Assembly: GCA_028714475.1 (NCBI GenBank)
Contig: JAQTNC010000001.1
Span: 22,678 to 86,677, forward strand
From: Patescibacteria group bacterium
GTDB lineage: Bacteria > Patescibacteriota > Patescibacteriia > SG8-24
Reading direction: 5' to 3'
Length of the DNA: 64,000 nucleotides
Both the position numbers and the translations under genes were made by a program. Shown piece by piece: positions 44,224 to 53,928 of this stretch. The notes under the pieces were generated by a model. The model worked only from the letters and a program-made list of their open reading frames with translations, was not told the origin of the DNA and did no database searches. Every line of letters begins with the position of its first letter. Within the stretch, counting starts at the first letter, position 1.

Positions 44224-44291
44224 CAAATCTACCCGGCAGATTTGACGCGAAAACTGCCGGGTAGATTTGGAGTCAAAACTGCCGGGTAGAT
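44224..44291. promoter_or_regulatory. three-box repeat array (one 15-bp box inverted relative to two direct copies), candidate operator or attenuator
   Basis: AAATCTACCCGGCAG atttgacgcgaaaa CTGCCGGGTAGATTT ggagtcaaaa CTGCCGGGTAGATT. Box 1 is the exact reverse complement of boxes 2 and 3. It lies 77 nt upstream of the gene at 44368. Confidence 0.55.
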
Positions 44292-44367
44292 TCCGACCGT
44301 CGCAGACCGCTTGACGTCCTCCCCCGCCCTGCTACGGTAAAAATTACCCCCACCCAAGGAGGTCATC

Positions 44368-44697
44368 ATGTCGCGCTGGCCTCTTCTGGCCCTTGTCGCT
44401 CTCGCCGCCGTTCTTGCCCTGCCGCTCGTCCGGGGGCCGCTCTGGCTGTCCATCACCTGTACTGCCTTCCTGACCGGTGTGGCCGGCCTCGCGCTCACGC
44501 GCGTGCGGTCCGCCCTGCTCGCGCTCCTTCTCGTTTTTGGCGCCGCTCTCGCCGCCCTGCAGTTCCTGTGGCGCGTGTATCGGCCCGGCGCCTACCCGCC
44601 AATCGTGGCGCTCTACAGCGTCCAATGCGGACTGGTGTTCGTCGCCATCGCCGCCGTCACGATTGTCATCCTTGTCCGCCGCCGCTGGCGAAAATGA
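44368..44697 (+). CDS. small membrane protein (3 TM)
   Basis: RBS AAGGAGG. Begins MSRWPLLALVALAAVLALPLV. Preceded by an inverted/direct repeat array. Confidence 0.55.
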   Translation: MSRWPLLALVALAAVLALPLVRGPLWLSITCTAFLTGVAGLALTRVRSALLALLLVFGAALAALQFLWRVYRPGAYPPIVALYSVQCGLVFVAIAAVTIVILVRRRWRK

Positions 44698-44829
44698 CCC
44701 CATGCCAAGCGTGGGGTCATTATATTATCGAAAATTTGCCGGACGCGACCCTTGACAGAATCTGCCGTCCCCGCTAATTTATCGTCAGCCGTAGCTCCTT
44801 TCAGGCTAACGGAGATTGGAGAGGAATCC

Positions 44830-45630
44830 GTGACGAACAAACCTTCCGACCCCATTGGGCTGTTCATCTTAAGTGCGCTCGCCTACCCGATTGTGTGCCT
44901 GCTGACCAAGGCCCTGCCGTTCCTGCCAGCCGAGTCGCCGGTCTACGCCGTCGCCGCCATCGCCTTCATCACGACCATGGTGAACAACGACCGGTCGGAA
45001 GGCATGGCGAAGAGGCTCTGGCGCGGCCGCACCATACCGCTCTGGCTCGGCGCGCTCCTCGGCCTTGCTCTCGTGCTCACGCCCCTCTGGGCCAAGATGT
45101 GGCACGAGGGCGGCGAGAACAAGGACTTGTTGTTCGTCATCCTGTCGGCCTTCAAGGTGACCGGCTGGGTCATGGGCACGTCCGTCGCGGCCATCGTCCT
45201 TTCGGCCGTCATGTCCATGGACGTCAAGGGTGCCTTCAAGCTGGGCTGGGTATTTTCCCTAGTCTCTTCCCTGGTCATGGGCTTGTCATGCATGGCGGTT
45301 TCAAATTGCATGCTATGCCTGAACTGGACGGACAGTGACTCCGGCTTAACCTTGGCCTTGGTCGCCTTGCTCCTCACCGCCACCATAGGCGGCGACGCTT
45401 CCGACAGCGACATTCAAGCCAAGCCGTGGCGGTTCATCGGGAGTCAATTGTCCGGCTTGACCGTTTGGCTGTTGCTGTCGGCTGTGGTCGCGACCGTTTT
45501 CTTCAACAGCGTGGCCCTTTTCGCCAATCTGCCCAGTCCGCTGGCTTTTGGCCTCTGGGTTGCCCTCGGCTCGGCCGCCGCCATCGCCATGCGCGTAAAA
45601 TCCGCTCTCGAAGAAGAGCCGGCCGACTGA
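44830..45630 (+). CDS. polytopic membrane protein
   Basis: GTG at 44830 after GGAGAGG. About 8 TMs. A terminator hairpin CGCCCATCGTC...GACGATGGGCG plus T-run follows. Confidence 0.5.
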   Translation: MTNKPSDPIGLFILSALAYPIVCLLTKALPFLPAESPVYAVAAIAFITTMVNNDRSEGMAKRLWRGRTIPLWLGALLGLALVLTPLWAKMWHEGGENKDLLFVILSAFKVTGWVMGTSVAAIVLSAVMSMDVKGAFKLGWVFSLVSSLVMGLSCMAVSNCMLCLNWTDSDSGLTLALVALLLTATIGGDASDSDIQAKPWRFIGSQLSGLTVWLLLSAVVATVFFNSVALFANLPSPLAFGLWVALGSAAAIAMRVKSALEEEPAD

Positions 45631-45631
45631 C

Positions 45632-45682
45632 GCCGCCCGCTTCGAACCCGCCCATCGTCTCCGCGACGATGGGCGTTGTGTA
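45632..45682 (+). terminator. terminator of the membrane-protein gene, immediately preceding repeat D2
   Basis: CGCCCATCGTCtccgcGACGATGGGCG + TTGTGTAATAAATT. Confidence 0.7.
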
Positions 45683-46025
45683 ATAAATTGTGCGAAGCAC
45701 ACTTTGCGGAATAGACGACTTCCTTTCGCTCGGCCAGGCGACGCTTTGCGTCGCCCCGCAGGCCGAGCGCATACACATATTTGTTGGTAGAACGAGGCCG
45801 CGGGTGACGCGGAGCGGGGACCCCGATGGCGCGCATCCCTCACCATTTCCGCTCCGTTTTTTCACCGACGGAAATGGTGAGGGAGAGCACCAGCGGGGTG
45901 CGGAGCGGCAGGACCCGCGGCACGTCAGGCCTGGTTTGTCGCTTTCGTGGGAATGACAACAAAGGAATGCCCTTCGACAAGCCGTGCACCATGACGGTGC
46001 GCGGCAAGCTCAGGGCATATTTATT
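45683..46025. repeat. ~340-bp structured repeat D2 (between a plus-gene terminator and the helicase stop)
   Basis: Same conserved blocks as D1. The inserts at equivalent positions are different perfect hairpins (GGCGACGCtttgCGTCGCC; CCCTCACCATTTCCG...CGGAAATGGTGAGGG). Confidence 0.6.
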
Positions 46026-46039
46026 TATTGTTGCTCAAA

Positions 46040-48130
46040 CTAATAATCCCCCAAAAAGCTTTTCTTCTTCCAATCCTTCTTGACCTGCTGCATGCGGTTC
46101 TTCACGCCCTGCATGGCGCTCGTTGGCTCGCCGTCCGCGCCAATCTCCACCGCCTCGTCATCATAATCATCGTCGCCAGAAAACTCACTGAACCCGCACT
46201 TTCGTCCGGTCGGGTCGCTCACGCAGTTCGGCGAAATTTCGTCGAGGAACATCGAGCGCTCCTCAAACTCGATGGAACCGCGCCCGACCGAGGCCGGATG
46301 CGACAGGTAAAGTCGATCCTTGGCGCGAGTGACGGCGACGTAGAAAAGCCGCCGCTCCTCTTCCACGCCGCCCTGTTCCTCAAGCGCGCGACGGTTCGGG
46401 AAACTCGACGCCGTAAGATGAATGACAAAAACAATCGGCCACTCCAACCCTTTGGCTTGATGAACGGTCGAAAGCACGACCTGGTTCGCGCCCTTGACGT
46501 GTCCGCCAGTCGCCCGCGCCTCGTCAAGCGTCACCTCCGCGAGGAAATCGTCGAGCTTGACGTAGGGCTCGGCAAAACGCGCCATCTGCTCAAGATCCTC
46601 CAGCCGCTCGCGGAAATTCGGAAATTCAGCTTCGAGAAAATCCGCGTACGGCGACTTGATGACGCTACGAATGAGCGCGGCGGGCACATCGCCAGCCGCC
46701 ACGACCTCCTCAAGCGTCGCGTGCAAATCGCGCCAACCGACCGCGCCGCGATTACCGACGATGCTTTCGCCATCGAGCAGCGGTATCCGTTCCAGCGAAC
46801 CGCCCTGCCGAAAGGTCATGAGCAGACGCCCCGCGGCCACCTCGCCGATGCCGGTCCAATGGTTTTCGAGAACGCGTCGCCACGCCGCCTCGTCGGCGAA
46901 ATTCTGGCGCACGCGCAGGAAGGCCAACGTGTCCTTGACGTGGGCGCGGTCGAAGAAGCGCAAGCCGCCGCGATAGTCGTAAGGAATGCCGCGCCGCGTC
47001 AACTCGAACTCCAACGCCTGCGAATGGCTGGCGGCCCGAAACAGCACGGCGATATCTACCGGTCGCGTGCCGGTTCGCAAAAGCTTCTCAATGGAGTTGG
47101 CGACAAACTCCGCCTCGCGCGAGGCCGACGGCGAGGGCACAATGGCCGGTTTCTCCTGCCCGCCGCGTACGGCCGCGAGCTCCTTAGGGAACTGCTCGAC
47201 ATTCTTGGCGATGATGTCGTTGGCCAAGCCGAGGATTTCCGGCGTCGAGCGGTAATTCGTCTCCAGCTTGAAGACGCGCGCCTCCGGATAATGCTTAGGG
47301 AAATCCAGGATGTTGCGCACGTCCGCGGCGCGAAAGGAGTAGATGCTCTGGGCGTCGTCGCCGACCACGAGCAGGTTGTGTTTCGGCCCGGCGAGCCGAC
47401 GGATAAGGGCGTTCTGCAAGGCGTTCGTGTCCTGATACTCGTCAACCAAAATGTACTTGAACTGGCTCGACAGCCGCTCGCGCACGAGCGGGTCATCCTC
47501 CAAGAGCCGCGCTAGGCGCACCAACAGGTCGTCGAAATCCATGGCATTGGCCGCGAGCTTCTTTTTTTCATAAAGGTCCGCCACGGCCTGTAATTCCGCC
47601 ATGATGCCGAGGAAATGCGGGTGCAACTTCATGAGTGCCGCCTCAAAAGACATCTGCGCGTTGCGCCGATAAGAGACGACATCCTGAACGACGGCCGGCG
47701 AGGGAAAACGCCGCCCGGCCTTGTCGTGTCCGAGCTCCTTGATGCTCGCCTTATAGAGAGAGCGCGAGTCGTCCTGATCCAGAATGGTGAACGACGGCGT
47801 ACAGCCTACGCGGTCGGCATAGACGCGCAAAAGCCGGTTGGCAACCGAATGGAACGTCCCGCCCCAGAGTCCGAGCGGCCGCCGCGAACCAGCCGCACCC
47901 AGCAGCTCGCCAATGCGCGTCATCATCTCGTTGGCAGCCTTGTTGGTGAAAGTGAGCAGGAGGATGTTCTCCGGCGCGATGCCGTGCTCGATGAGCCAGG
48001 CGACGCGATAGACGATGGTGCGCGTCTTGCCCGAACCGGCGCCGGCCAAAACCAAACACGGCCCGTCACCCTCACGGACGACGGCCAGCTGTTCGGCATT
48101 CAGTTCGTTTTCGTAATCAAGACGAGACAT
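46040..48130 (-). CDS. ATP-dependent DNA helicase, UvrD/PcrA/Rep family
   Basis: LNAEQLAVV, AGAGSGKTRT (Walker A), LLTFTNKAANEM, ILVDEYQDTN, VVGDDAQSIYSFRAA, QNYRS, TVHQAKGLEW. The C-terminal ~60-aa acidic tail is extra. Confidence 0.9.
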   Translation of the reverse strand: MSRLDYENELNAEQLAVVREGDGPCLVLAGAGSGKTRTIVYRVAWLIEHGIAPENILLLTFTNKAANEMMTRIGELLGAAGSRRPLGLWGGTFHSVANRLLRVYADRVGCTPSFTILDQDDSRSLYKASIKELGHDKAGRRFPSPAVVQDVVSYRRNAQMSFEAALMKLHPHFLGIMAELQAVADLYEKKKLAANAMDFDDLLVRLARLLEDDPLVRERLSSQFKYILVDEYQDTNALQNALIRRLAGPKHNLLVVGDDAQSIYSFRAADVRNILDFPKHYPEARVFKLETNYRSTPEILGLANDIIAKNVEQFPKELAAVRGGQEKPAIVPSPSASREAEFVANSIEKLLRTGTRPVDIAVLFRAASHSQALEFELTRRGIPYDYRGGLRFFDRAHVKDTLAFLRVRQNFADEAAWRRVLENHWTGIGEVAAGRLLMTFRQGGSLERIPLLDGESIVGNRGAVGWRDLHATLEEVVAAGDVPAALIRSVIKSPYADFLEAEFPNFRERLEDLEQMARFAEPYVKLDDFLAEVTLDEARATGGHVKGANQVVLSTVHQAKGLEWPIVFVIHLTASSFPNRRALEEQGGVEEERRLFYVAVTRAKDRLYLSHPASVGRGSIEFEERSMFLDEISPNCVSDPTGRKCGFSEFSGDDDYDDEAVEIGADGEPTSAMQGVKNRMQQVKKDWKKKSFLGDY

Positions 48131-48215
48131 GGGGAGTGGCAGAGTGGCAAAGAAAATTGTGCTTTGCGACCCTGCGACTTTGCAACTATGCCACTATGCA
48201 ACTTTTTTATTATCC
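48125..48215. repeat. gtggcagagtggcaaag / ctttgcaactatgccac palindromic element
   Basis: ggggagtggcagagtggcaaagaaaattgtgctttgcgaccctgcgactttgcaactatgccactatgcaac. Confidence 0.6.
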
Positions 48216-48643
48216 TCCATCCACCTCCGCAAAATCTCCAACGCGGCTGGATTGATGAAGTTCGCCGGCAACTCGTCAGGCGTGAGCCAAAACCATTCGG
48301 AGAATTTCTGCGGCTCCATGAGGCTCGGCTCCTGCAAGGTCCGGCCAACGAACAACGGGACAACATCCCCTTCCTTGGCACCAGCTACGTCCTCAAGGTA
48401 AGCGATGATTTCCAAATCAGTGATGCCGATCTCTTCCTCGGTTTCGCGCCGCACGGCCGCTTCAAGAGTTTCACCCTCCTCGCAGCGTCCACCTGGAATC
48501 GTCCAAACGCTGACTGGCTTCCAGACATCCTTCGAATAATGCCGCTCGGCGGTCACGAACTTCCCGTCACGCACGATGAAAACGCCCGGGCATAGCAGCC
48601 GGTGGCCAGGGCGTTTCAGCTGTTCATCCAATGGGCCCGACAT
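48194..48643 (-). CDS. NUDIX hydrolase
   Basis: Nudix box GGRCEEGETLEAAVRRETEEEIGI. ATG at 48643 begins MSGPLDEQLKRPG. The upstream R/S/W-rich codons of the track ORF were discarded. Confidence 0.8.
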   Translation of the reverse strand: MSGPLDEQLKRPGHRLLCPGVFIVRDGKFVTAERHYSKDVWKPVSVWTIPGGRCEEGETLEAAVRRETEEEIGITDLEIIAYLEDVAGAKEGDVVPLFVGRTLQEPSLMEPQKFSEWFWLTPDELPANFINPAALEILRRWMEDNKKVA

Positions 48644-48656
48644 GTTTTCCCAAACA

Positions 48657-48989
48657 TCAACGCGCGACAAGCATGATGAGCATGAGCGCCAGGAGGGCCA
48701 AGACCATGAAGCCGGTCGTGTAGCCAAGCAGTTTCAGCGCCTCCGTGCGCTTGCCTTGCGTGAACAGCCAGACCGGCTGACCGAGCACCAGGATGCTCTC
48801 GATAAGTGCTGACACGACGAAGAGCGTCAGCATGAACGCGCCGATGAGCATTTCAACTGGCGGCGTGCCGAAAATCCGGTTGGCGTTGGACATGAAAAAA
48901 ACTACCAGCACGACATACAACACGGCGCTGGCGGCATTGCGCAGGGCTTTCAGAACCAGTTTCGATTCATCATTTTTTTGGCCAAACAT
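48657..48989 (-). CDS. small membrane protein (3-4 TM)
   Basis: Begins MFGQKNDESK... with hydrophobic helices. 14 nt upstream of the nudix start, so probably co-transcribed. Confidence 0.5.
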   Translation of the reverse strand: MFGQKNDESKLVLKALRNAASAVLYVVLVVFFMSNANRIFGTPPVEMLIGAFMLTLFVVSALIESILVLGQPVWLFTQGKRTEALKLLGYTTGFMVLALLALMLIMLVAR

Positions 48990-49156
48990 AGATAGATTAT
49001 GAATATATATTAATCATTACGCGGCAGGGCCTTACTGGAGCGTTCCCGTCCTGCGAAGTATAGCTGGCCAGCTTAGTCCCGACAAGACTCGGCCGTCAAG
49101 CAACAAACAGAAAGCGGGAACCCAGTTGGGCTCCCGCCAAGCGTCTCGACAACGAC

Positions 49157-50379
49157 CTACCGCAGCGTCTCCCGCCGTTCGAACTCGGGCGGATTACCTT
49201 CGCGGTGGTAGCGACTGACCACAACCATGTTCAAGGCGACGGTCATCCCCGGGTTAAGACGTAGCCAGGCCCGAACCTGGTTTCGCCTTTCGGCGAAGTA
49301 GTCGTGATGTTTGTCAAAATCCGTGGACGCCGGACCGTTGCGGAGGAACCCGATATCCACGACCACGCCGTTGAGGGATTCGAACCTGACCGTCACCGGC
49401 GCTTCGAGGCCGCCGAAACCGAAGGTGTCCGAACGACTCTTGAGGGCGGCGACCAACTCCTTGAGCGCGGGCAACCGTTCCATCAAGGCCTTGGCGTGAC
49501 ACCCTTGGAACTCCGCGGCCGCCTGAAGGAGGGGGTCGTCTAAGCGACCCCATCGCGCCGAACTATCCGTCAGGAACGGAGCGACCGCCGCGACGGCGTA
49601 ACGCATGATGCCATCGCCGCCCGCTCGGACAAAAGCCGAAGCCAATGCCGACGACAGGATCGTTCGTTCCCGGGACTGTTGGGAACCCTTCTTCGCGGCA
49701 ACCAAGAGGTAGTACCGGGCCAGGCGCGCGGGCGGAAATGACTGGTCGGTCGTCACGCGCGCCACAGCCTCGAACATCTGGTGTTCGGGGTCGAACCGGA
49801 AGTTCCGATCGGCCAGAAACGCGAAGAGCCGATCCGCCTCCGCCTCATCCTGGGTTTGCCGACACCGCCGCCCAATCTCGATGAGCAGGGCGGCCTTGGT
49901 CTGGAGCAAGGAGGGAAAATTGATTGAGACCGGCTTGGTCTCATCCTGGGCCACGAATTCGCGCGCCGTGCCCGGCTGGCCAATCGGCAATTCCGTCCAC
50001 AGTTCAACGGCAGCCTTGGCCCGGGCGGACGCGGCCTCATCGATGGCCCTGGTCCCTGGTTCACCGAACGGCACGAACATTTTCGAGTCAACGATACCCA
50101 AGAGGGCCGTGTCGGTGATGGCCAGGAAAAGGGCGTCGAGAAAACGCAGCGCCTGAACGTCATCATGATGATGGGCGGCCATTCGCAGCCGAACCAGGAT
50201 TTCCTGTTCCCTTTCCCGGCCGGCTATATCCGCGATGCTGGCCAGGGTTGACCAGTCGCCGCTTGTCTCCAGCATGGCTCTAAGCGGCTTGTACGGTCCG
50301 TCCTGCTGGCTTGTGGAGCCGTAACAACGGGCGGTCTGGTCGAGTCTCTGCTTCACCCAATCTCTCATCTTGTCGGACA
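49157..50379 (-). CDS. hypothetical protein (408 aa)
   Basis: ATG at 50379 begins MSDKMRDWVKQRL. The upstream 34 codons of the track ORF are GRP-rich junk. No family recognised. The 5' region carries several perfect hairpins. Confidence 0.5.
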
Positions 50380-50614
50380 TGTTTCCCTGTCTTTCTCTCG
50401 GCGGTCGCGACCGCCTTGGTCCCTTCCCGCGGGAAGGGTTGCCTCGCCTTCCCCGTAGGGTCGGTCCGGCGGTTGTTGTCAACGAACGGCGGATGCCATC
50501 CGCCCGCCGACCTTACCCCAACGTCTGATTTCCGTCAATAAGGTCAATCCGAAAATGCCTAGTGCCAAAAGTGTCCGACATTTTTTTGTGTCGAACACTT
50601 TCCTGAAAAAATTT

Positions 50615-51015
50615 TCAGCCGAGCAGGCGGCGGTGTTCGCGCATCATGCAATCGTCAACGACCGCGACGAGACCCGCCGCTTCGGCGCGCTTGGCCGCGT
50701 CGGGGTTACCGGCACCGTCCTGCATCCAGACGACCTTGGCCCCTCGGCGGATGGCCGCCTCGACGATTTCCGGCACCGCTTCGGAACGACGAAAAATCTG
50801 GACGATTTCCACCGGCTCCGGCACGGATTCCAAATCCGGATATGCCTTCTCACCCAGCACCTCCGTCTCATTCGGATTCACCGGAATGACGCGATAGCCT
50901 TTTTCCTTTAAATACGACGCCACGCCAAAACTCGGCCGGTCGGGCTTGGACGACAAACCAACCGAGGCGATGGTTCGGTAATTCGTCAGGATGTCACGGA
51001 TCTGTTCGTCGGACA
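50615..51015 (-). CDS. CoA-binding domain protein (YccU-like)
   Basis: Begins MSDEQIRDILTNYRTIASVGLSSKPDRPS, then GYRVIPVNP and KVVWMQDG. The upstream R-rich codons of the track ORF are the antisense of the poly-Gly tail of the preceding gene. Confidence 0.8.
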
Positions 51016-51018
51016 TAT

Positions 51019-52767
51019 TTACCACGACCCTCCCCCGCCTCCGCCTCCGCCGCCGCCAGAGAAACCGCCTCCGCCGAAACCGCTGCCCGAACCCGAACGG
51101 CTTGGGCTCGACAGCACGGCCGAATTCATGGACGTATTGATGGAATTGAAGGCCGACTCGAACATCGCGGCGTTGAAGACGCCGGCGCTGAAGGCCTGGC
51201 CGTGATACCAATCAGGCTGCGGCAAGGTCATGCCCTCAAAGGCCTTGGCCCATTTGCCGACGACGCCGAAAACCATGGCATACGGTAGGAACTTCTCGAA
51301 GATGTTCTCCTTTTCCTGCCACTGCAGACGGTATTTTTCCGCCGTTTTCAGGTATTCGCGGAAGCCTTCCGCATGCTCGTGGGCGATCACGCCCTTTTCC
51401 GTTTTGCGCGGCATGAACCAGCCGAAGACGAAGACGATGATACAGGTTCCGTACCACGCGACAGCGGCGTGAGCCATGTTTCCATTCAAGAGAGCCAGGA
51501 TGCTGACGCCGATGAACCATCCTAAAGCCGCGGCGCCAACCGCCCCGCCGATGAAGCCCTTGCGCACCGCTTCCGGGTTCGCGGTGAAATACCCGTCCGT
51601 GACGGTTGACTCGTACATCTGCTTGGTGATGACGGGCAGAGCCGTGCTGAAGGCATAACGCTCCTTCAGCTGGGAAACCGGCACCTTGTCGCCCAACCCG
51701 AAAATCGTCTTCAGTATCTCTCGCTCGTAATTACGCAAGCTGCCGTCCGCTTGCCAGTCCTTCACCCGCTCGAACTCATAATCCTTGCTCGTCAGGATGA
51801 GCCCGTGGGATTCGGTCTCGTTGATGCGCAGGTAACCCCGCACGGCCAAATCCACGATGGTGGCGGTCACTTCCTTTACGTTGGCGGTATCGTCAATGAG
51901 CGTCCCGACCGCGGCCGGCGGCAGCTTGTCCGGCGGCTCGTACTGGACGACGAGCGTCTGGCGGCCGATCGGATCACGGCCGTTCTTGCGCCACAGCGCG
52001 TACATGACAGTCAAAACCGCGAGTGGCAGCAGATAGACGAGATACGGTCGCCATGGATTTGGGTATTCGGGGTAAATCTTGGCGATGAGGCCCGGCGCCC
52101 AACCCACGACTATGGTCAACCCTTCGCCCGGGCCAAAGCCGTCCGACGCGAAGTTGGCTACCGTGCCTTGAGTGGCCGCCACGCAATCGGAGCGCGTGGA
52201 GCCGCTGACGCCGGTATAACATTTTGTCGTCATGCTCGCGGACGGCACCGCTTCCGGCAAGCGAACTACCGCGGAAACGCGGCTGATGGGGACCTCCCAG
52301 CCGTTGCCGGTCACGTTCCAGTAAAGCTCGTCGTGGTCAGCGAAATACCGGAGCGCACCGCGCAATTCATATGTGATGACGTAATACCGGGTGCCGGAAA
52401 TCGTCTGGTTCGGATCGCCGATGCGCACGCGCAATCCGGAACGGCCGTTTTCGATCTCGTACGGCCAAGCCGTGCCTTGCTCATCAACGACGCCGGTGAC
52501 CGTCACCGGAATGCGATAGGTTCGTCCGCGGTCGTCGCGGTATTCCACCGGGATGTCGCGGTAGATGCCGTGCCGCTCGGTCGGGAAGAAATACTCGATA
52601 TGTTCCGTCACGGCGAGAACGCCGTCTTCGCGCACCTCGAGGTCAACGGCAAAGGAACGAATCTCCTCCGCCGTTTGCGCCGCCACAGGCTGCGTCGGCC
52701 AAGCCAAAACGGCGGCGACCAACGCGAGTGATGTTGCCGCCATGACGAACAGCCCGCGCGCTGACAT
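51019..52767 (-). CDS. DUF2207-family membrane protein with poly-glycine C-terminus
   Basis: Begins MSARGLFVMAATSLALVAAVLA (signal), then a large extracellular domain and 3 TMs, ending SGSGFGGGGFSGGGGGGGGGGSW. Confidence 0.7.
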   Translation of the reverse strand: MSARGLFVMAATSLALVAAVLAWPTQPVAAQTAEEIRSFAVDLEVREDGVLAVTEHIEYFFPTERHGIYRDIPVEYRDDRGRTYRIPVTVTGVVDEQGTAWPYEIENGRSGLRVRIGDPNQTISGTRYYVITYELRGALRYFADHDELYWNVTGNGWEVPISRVSAVVRLPEAVPSASMTTKCYTGVSGSTRSDCVAATQGTVANFASDGFGPGEGLTIVVGWAPGLIAKIYPEYPNPWRPYLVYLLPLAVLTVMYALWRKNGRDPIGRQTLVVQYEPPDKLPPAAVGTLIDDTANVKEVTATIVDLAVRGYLRINETESHGLILTSKDYEFERVKDWQADGSLRNYEREILKTIFGLGDKVPVSQLKERYAFSTALPVITKQMYESTVTDGYFTANPEAVRKGFIGGAVGAAALGWFIGVSILALLNGNMAHAAVAWYGTCIIVFVFGWFMPRKTEKGVIAHEHAEGFREYLKTAEKYRLQWQEKENIFEKFLPYAMVFGVVGKWAKAFEGMTLPQPDWYHGQAFSAGVFNAAMFESAFNSINTSMNSAVLSSPSRSGSGSGFGGGGFSGGGGGGGGGGSW

Positions 52768-52799
52768 CGGATAGGACCGGGTTGACGTTGGCATAAGAA

Positions 52800-53837
52800 T
52801 CAATGGTTAAGGTACTTCGCCTTGTTGGCGGCGTGTTCCTCGTTCGTTTTGGCGTAATGAACCTGACCGGAGCTGTCCGTCAGGAAATACCACCAATCGT
52901 TGGCCTCGGGCGACGTCGCATCCCAAAGCGCGGCGAGGCCGGGATTGTCGATGGGTCCTGGCGGCAGGCCGGGATAGACATACGTGTTATATCGCGAATC
53001 CACGGCCAGCTCTGCCGCGCCGACGGCCGGCTTATTGCTGCCCGCCACGTAATTGACCGTCGAATCGGCCTGAAGCGGCATGCCCTCGGCCAAACGCCGC
53101 CAGAAGATGTCGGCGACCAAGCGCCGGTCCTTCTCAGTTCGAACCTCCTTCTCGATTACGCTCGCCATGGTCACAATCTCATGCAACGAATGGCCAGAGG
53201 CGGCGACTTGTCCGGCCAAATCCCTTTTCAGCTTGCGGCCGAAATTGACCAGCAGGCGCCGCACTATGTCCTCCGGCGGCGCAGCCCGCGGCAAACGATA
53301 AGTGTCAGGAAAAAGATACCCTTCCAAACTGACGCAGTCCGGCTTGTCCTTGAGGAAGGCAAATTCGCCGGAAAAATCACGCGGCTGTTTCCCGGAGCGG
53401 CAATCGGCGGCCGGTTCGCCGGTGACATCATACAGCTGGTCGGCCCCACCATAACCGGCGCGCTTCAGGCTCTCCTGAAGGTCGCGCAAATCCTCACCCT
53501 CCTTGATGAGCAGGACAAACTCGGTGGCGGAAATGCCGCCCTTCGTCAGCCGCTCGGCCAGCTCGCGCAAGGTGGCGGCACCGCCCAAATCATATGACCC
53601 CGGCTGGATCACCTTGTCGAATCCGCTGGTCGTGAGGACAAAACGAAACAGCGTCGCGCTGTGGACGAAACCTGACTGCTTCAGCCGATCAGCGACGGCC
53701 GCGGCGGATTCGCCCGGTCGCACCTCGAAATTCGCGCTGGTTGGCCGACCCGGCGTCGCGAAAAAAACGGCAGCCCAGGCGGTAGCGGCCAAGACGAAAA
53801 AAGCAGCAACGGTAATAATGGAGAATTTCCTGTTCAC
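52800..53837 (-). CDS. mltG: endolytic murein transglycosylase MltG/YceG-like
   Basis: GTG start. N-terminal TM. YceG signature ...EGYLFPDTY...MASVIEKE...NTYVYPGLPPGPI. Confidence 0.8.
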   Translation of the reverse strand: MNRKFSIITVAAFFVLAATAWAAVFFATPGRPTSANFEVRPGESAAAVADRLKQSGFVHSATLFRFVLTTSGFDKVIQPGSYDLGGAATLRELAERLTKGGISATEFVLLIKEGEDLRDLQESLKRAGYGGADQLYDVTGEPAADCRSGKQPRDFSGEFAFLKDKPDCVSLEGYLFPDTYRLPRAAPPEDIVRRLLVNFGRKLKRDLAGQVAASGHSLHEIVTMASVIEKEVRTEKDRRLVADIFWRRLAEGMPLQADSTVNYVAGSNKPAVGAAELAVDSRYNTYVYPGLPPGPIDNPGLAALWDATSPEANDWWYFLTDSSGQVHYAKTNEEHAANKAKYLNH

Positions 53838-53844
53838 ATGTTCA

Positions 53845-53925
53845 GGGTGAGTTGTTGAGTTGTTTGGTTGTTGAGGATACGCCTCTCACCAACCAAACAA
53901 CCCAATCACTTAACCACCCAATAAC
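53845..53925. repeat. gttgttgagttgtttgg / ccaaacaacccaa palindromic element
   Basis: gggtgagttgttgagttgtttggttgttgagg...ctcaccaaccaaacaacccaatcac. Confidence 0.6.
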
Positions 53926-53928
53926 CCA

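Noticed and set aside
46028-47515. 495-aa plus-strand ORF
   Set aside because: Antisense to the UvrD/PcrA helicase, which has all helicase motifs.
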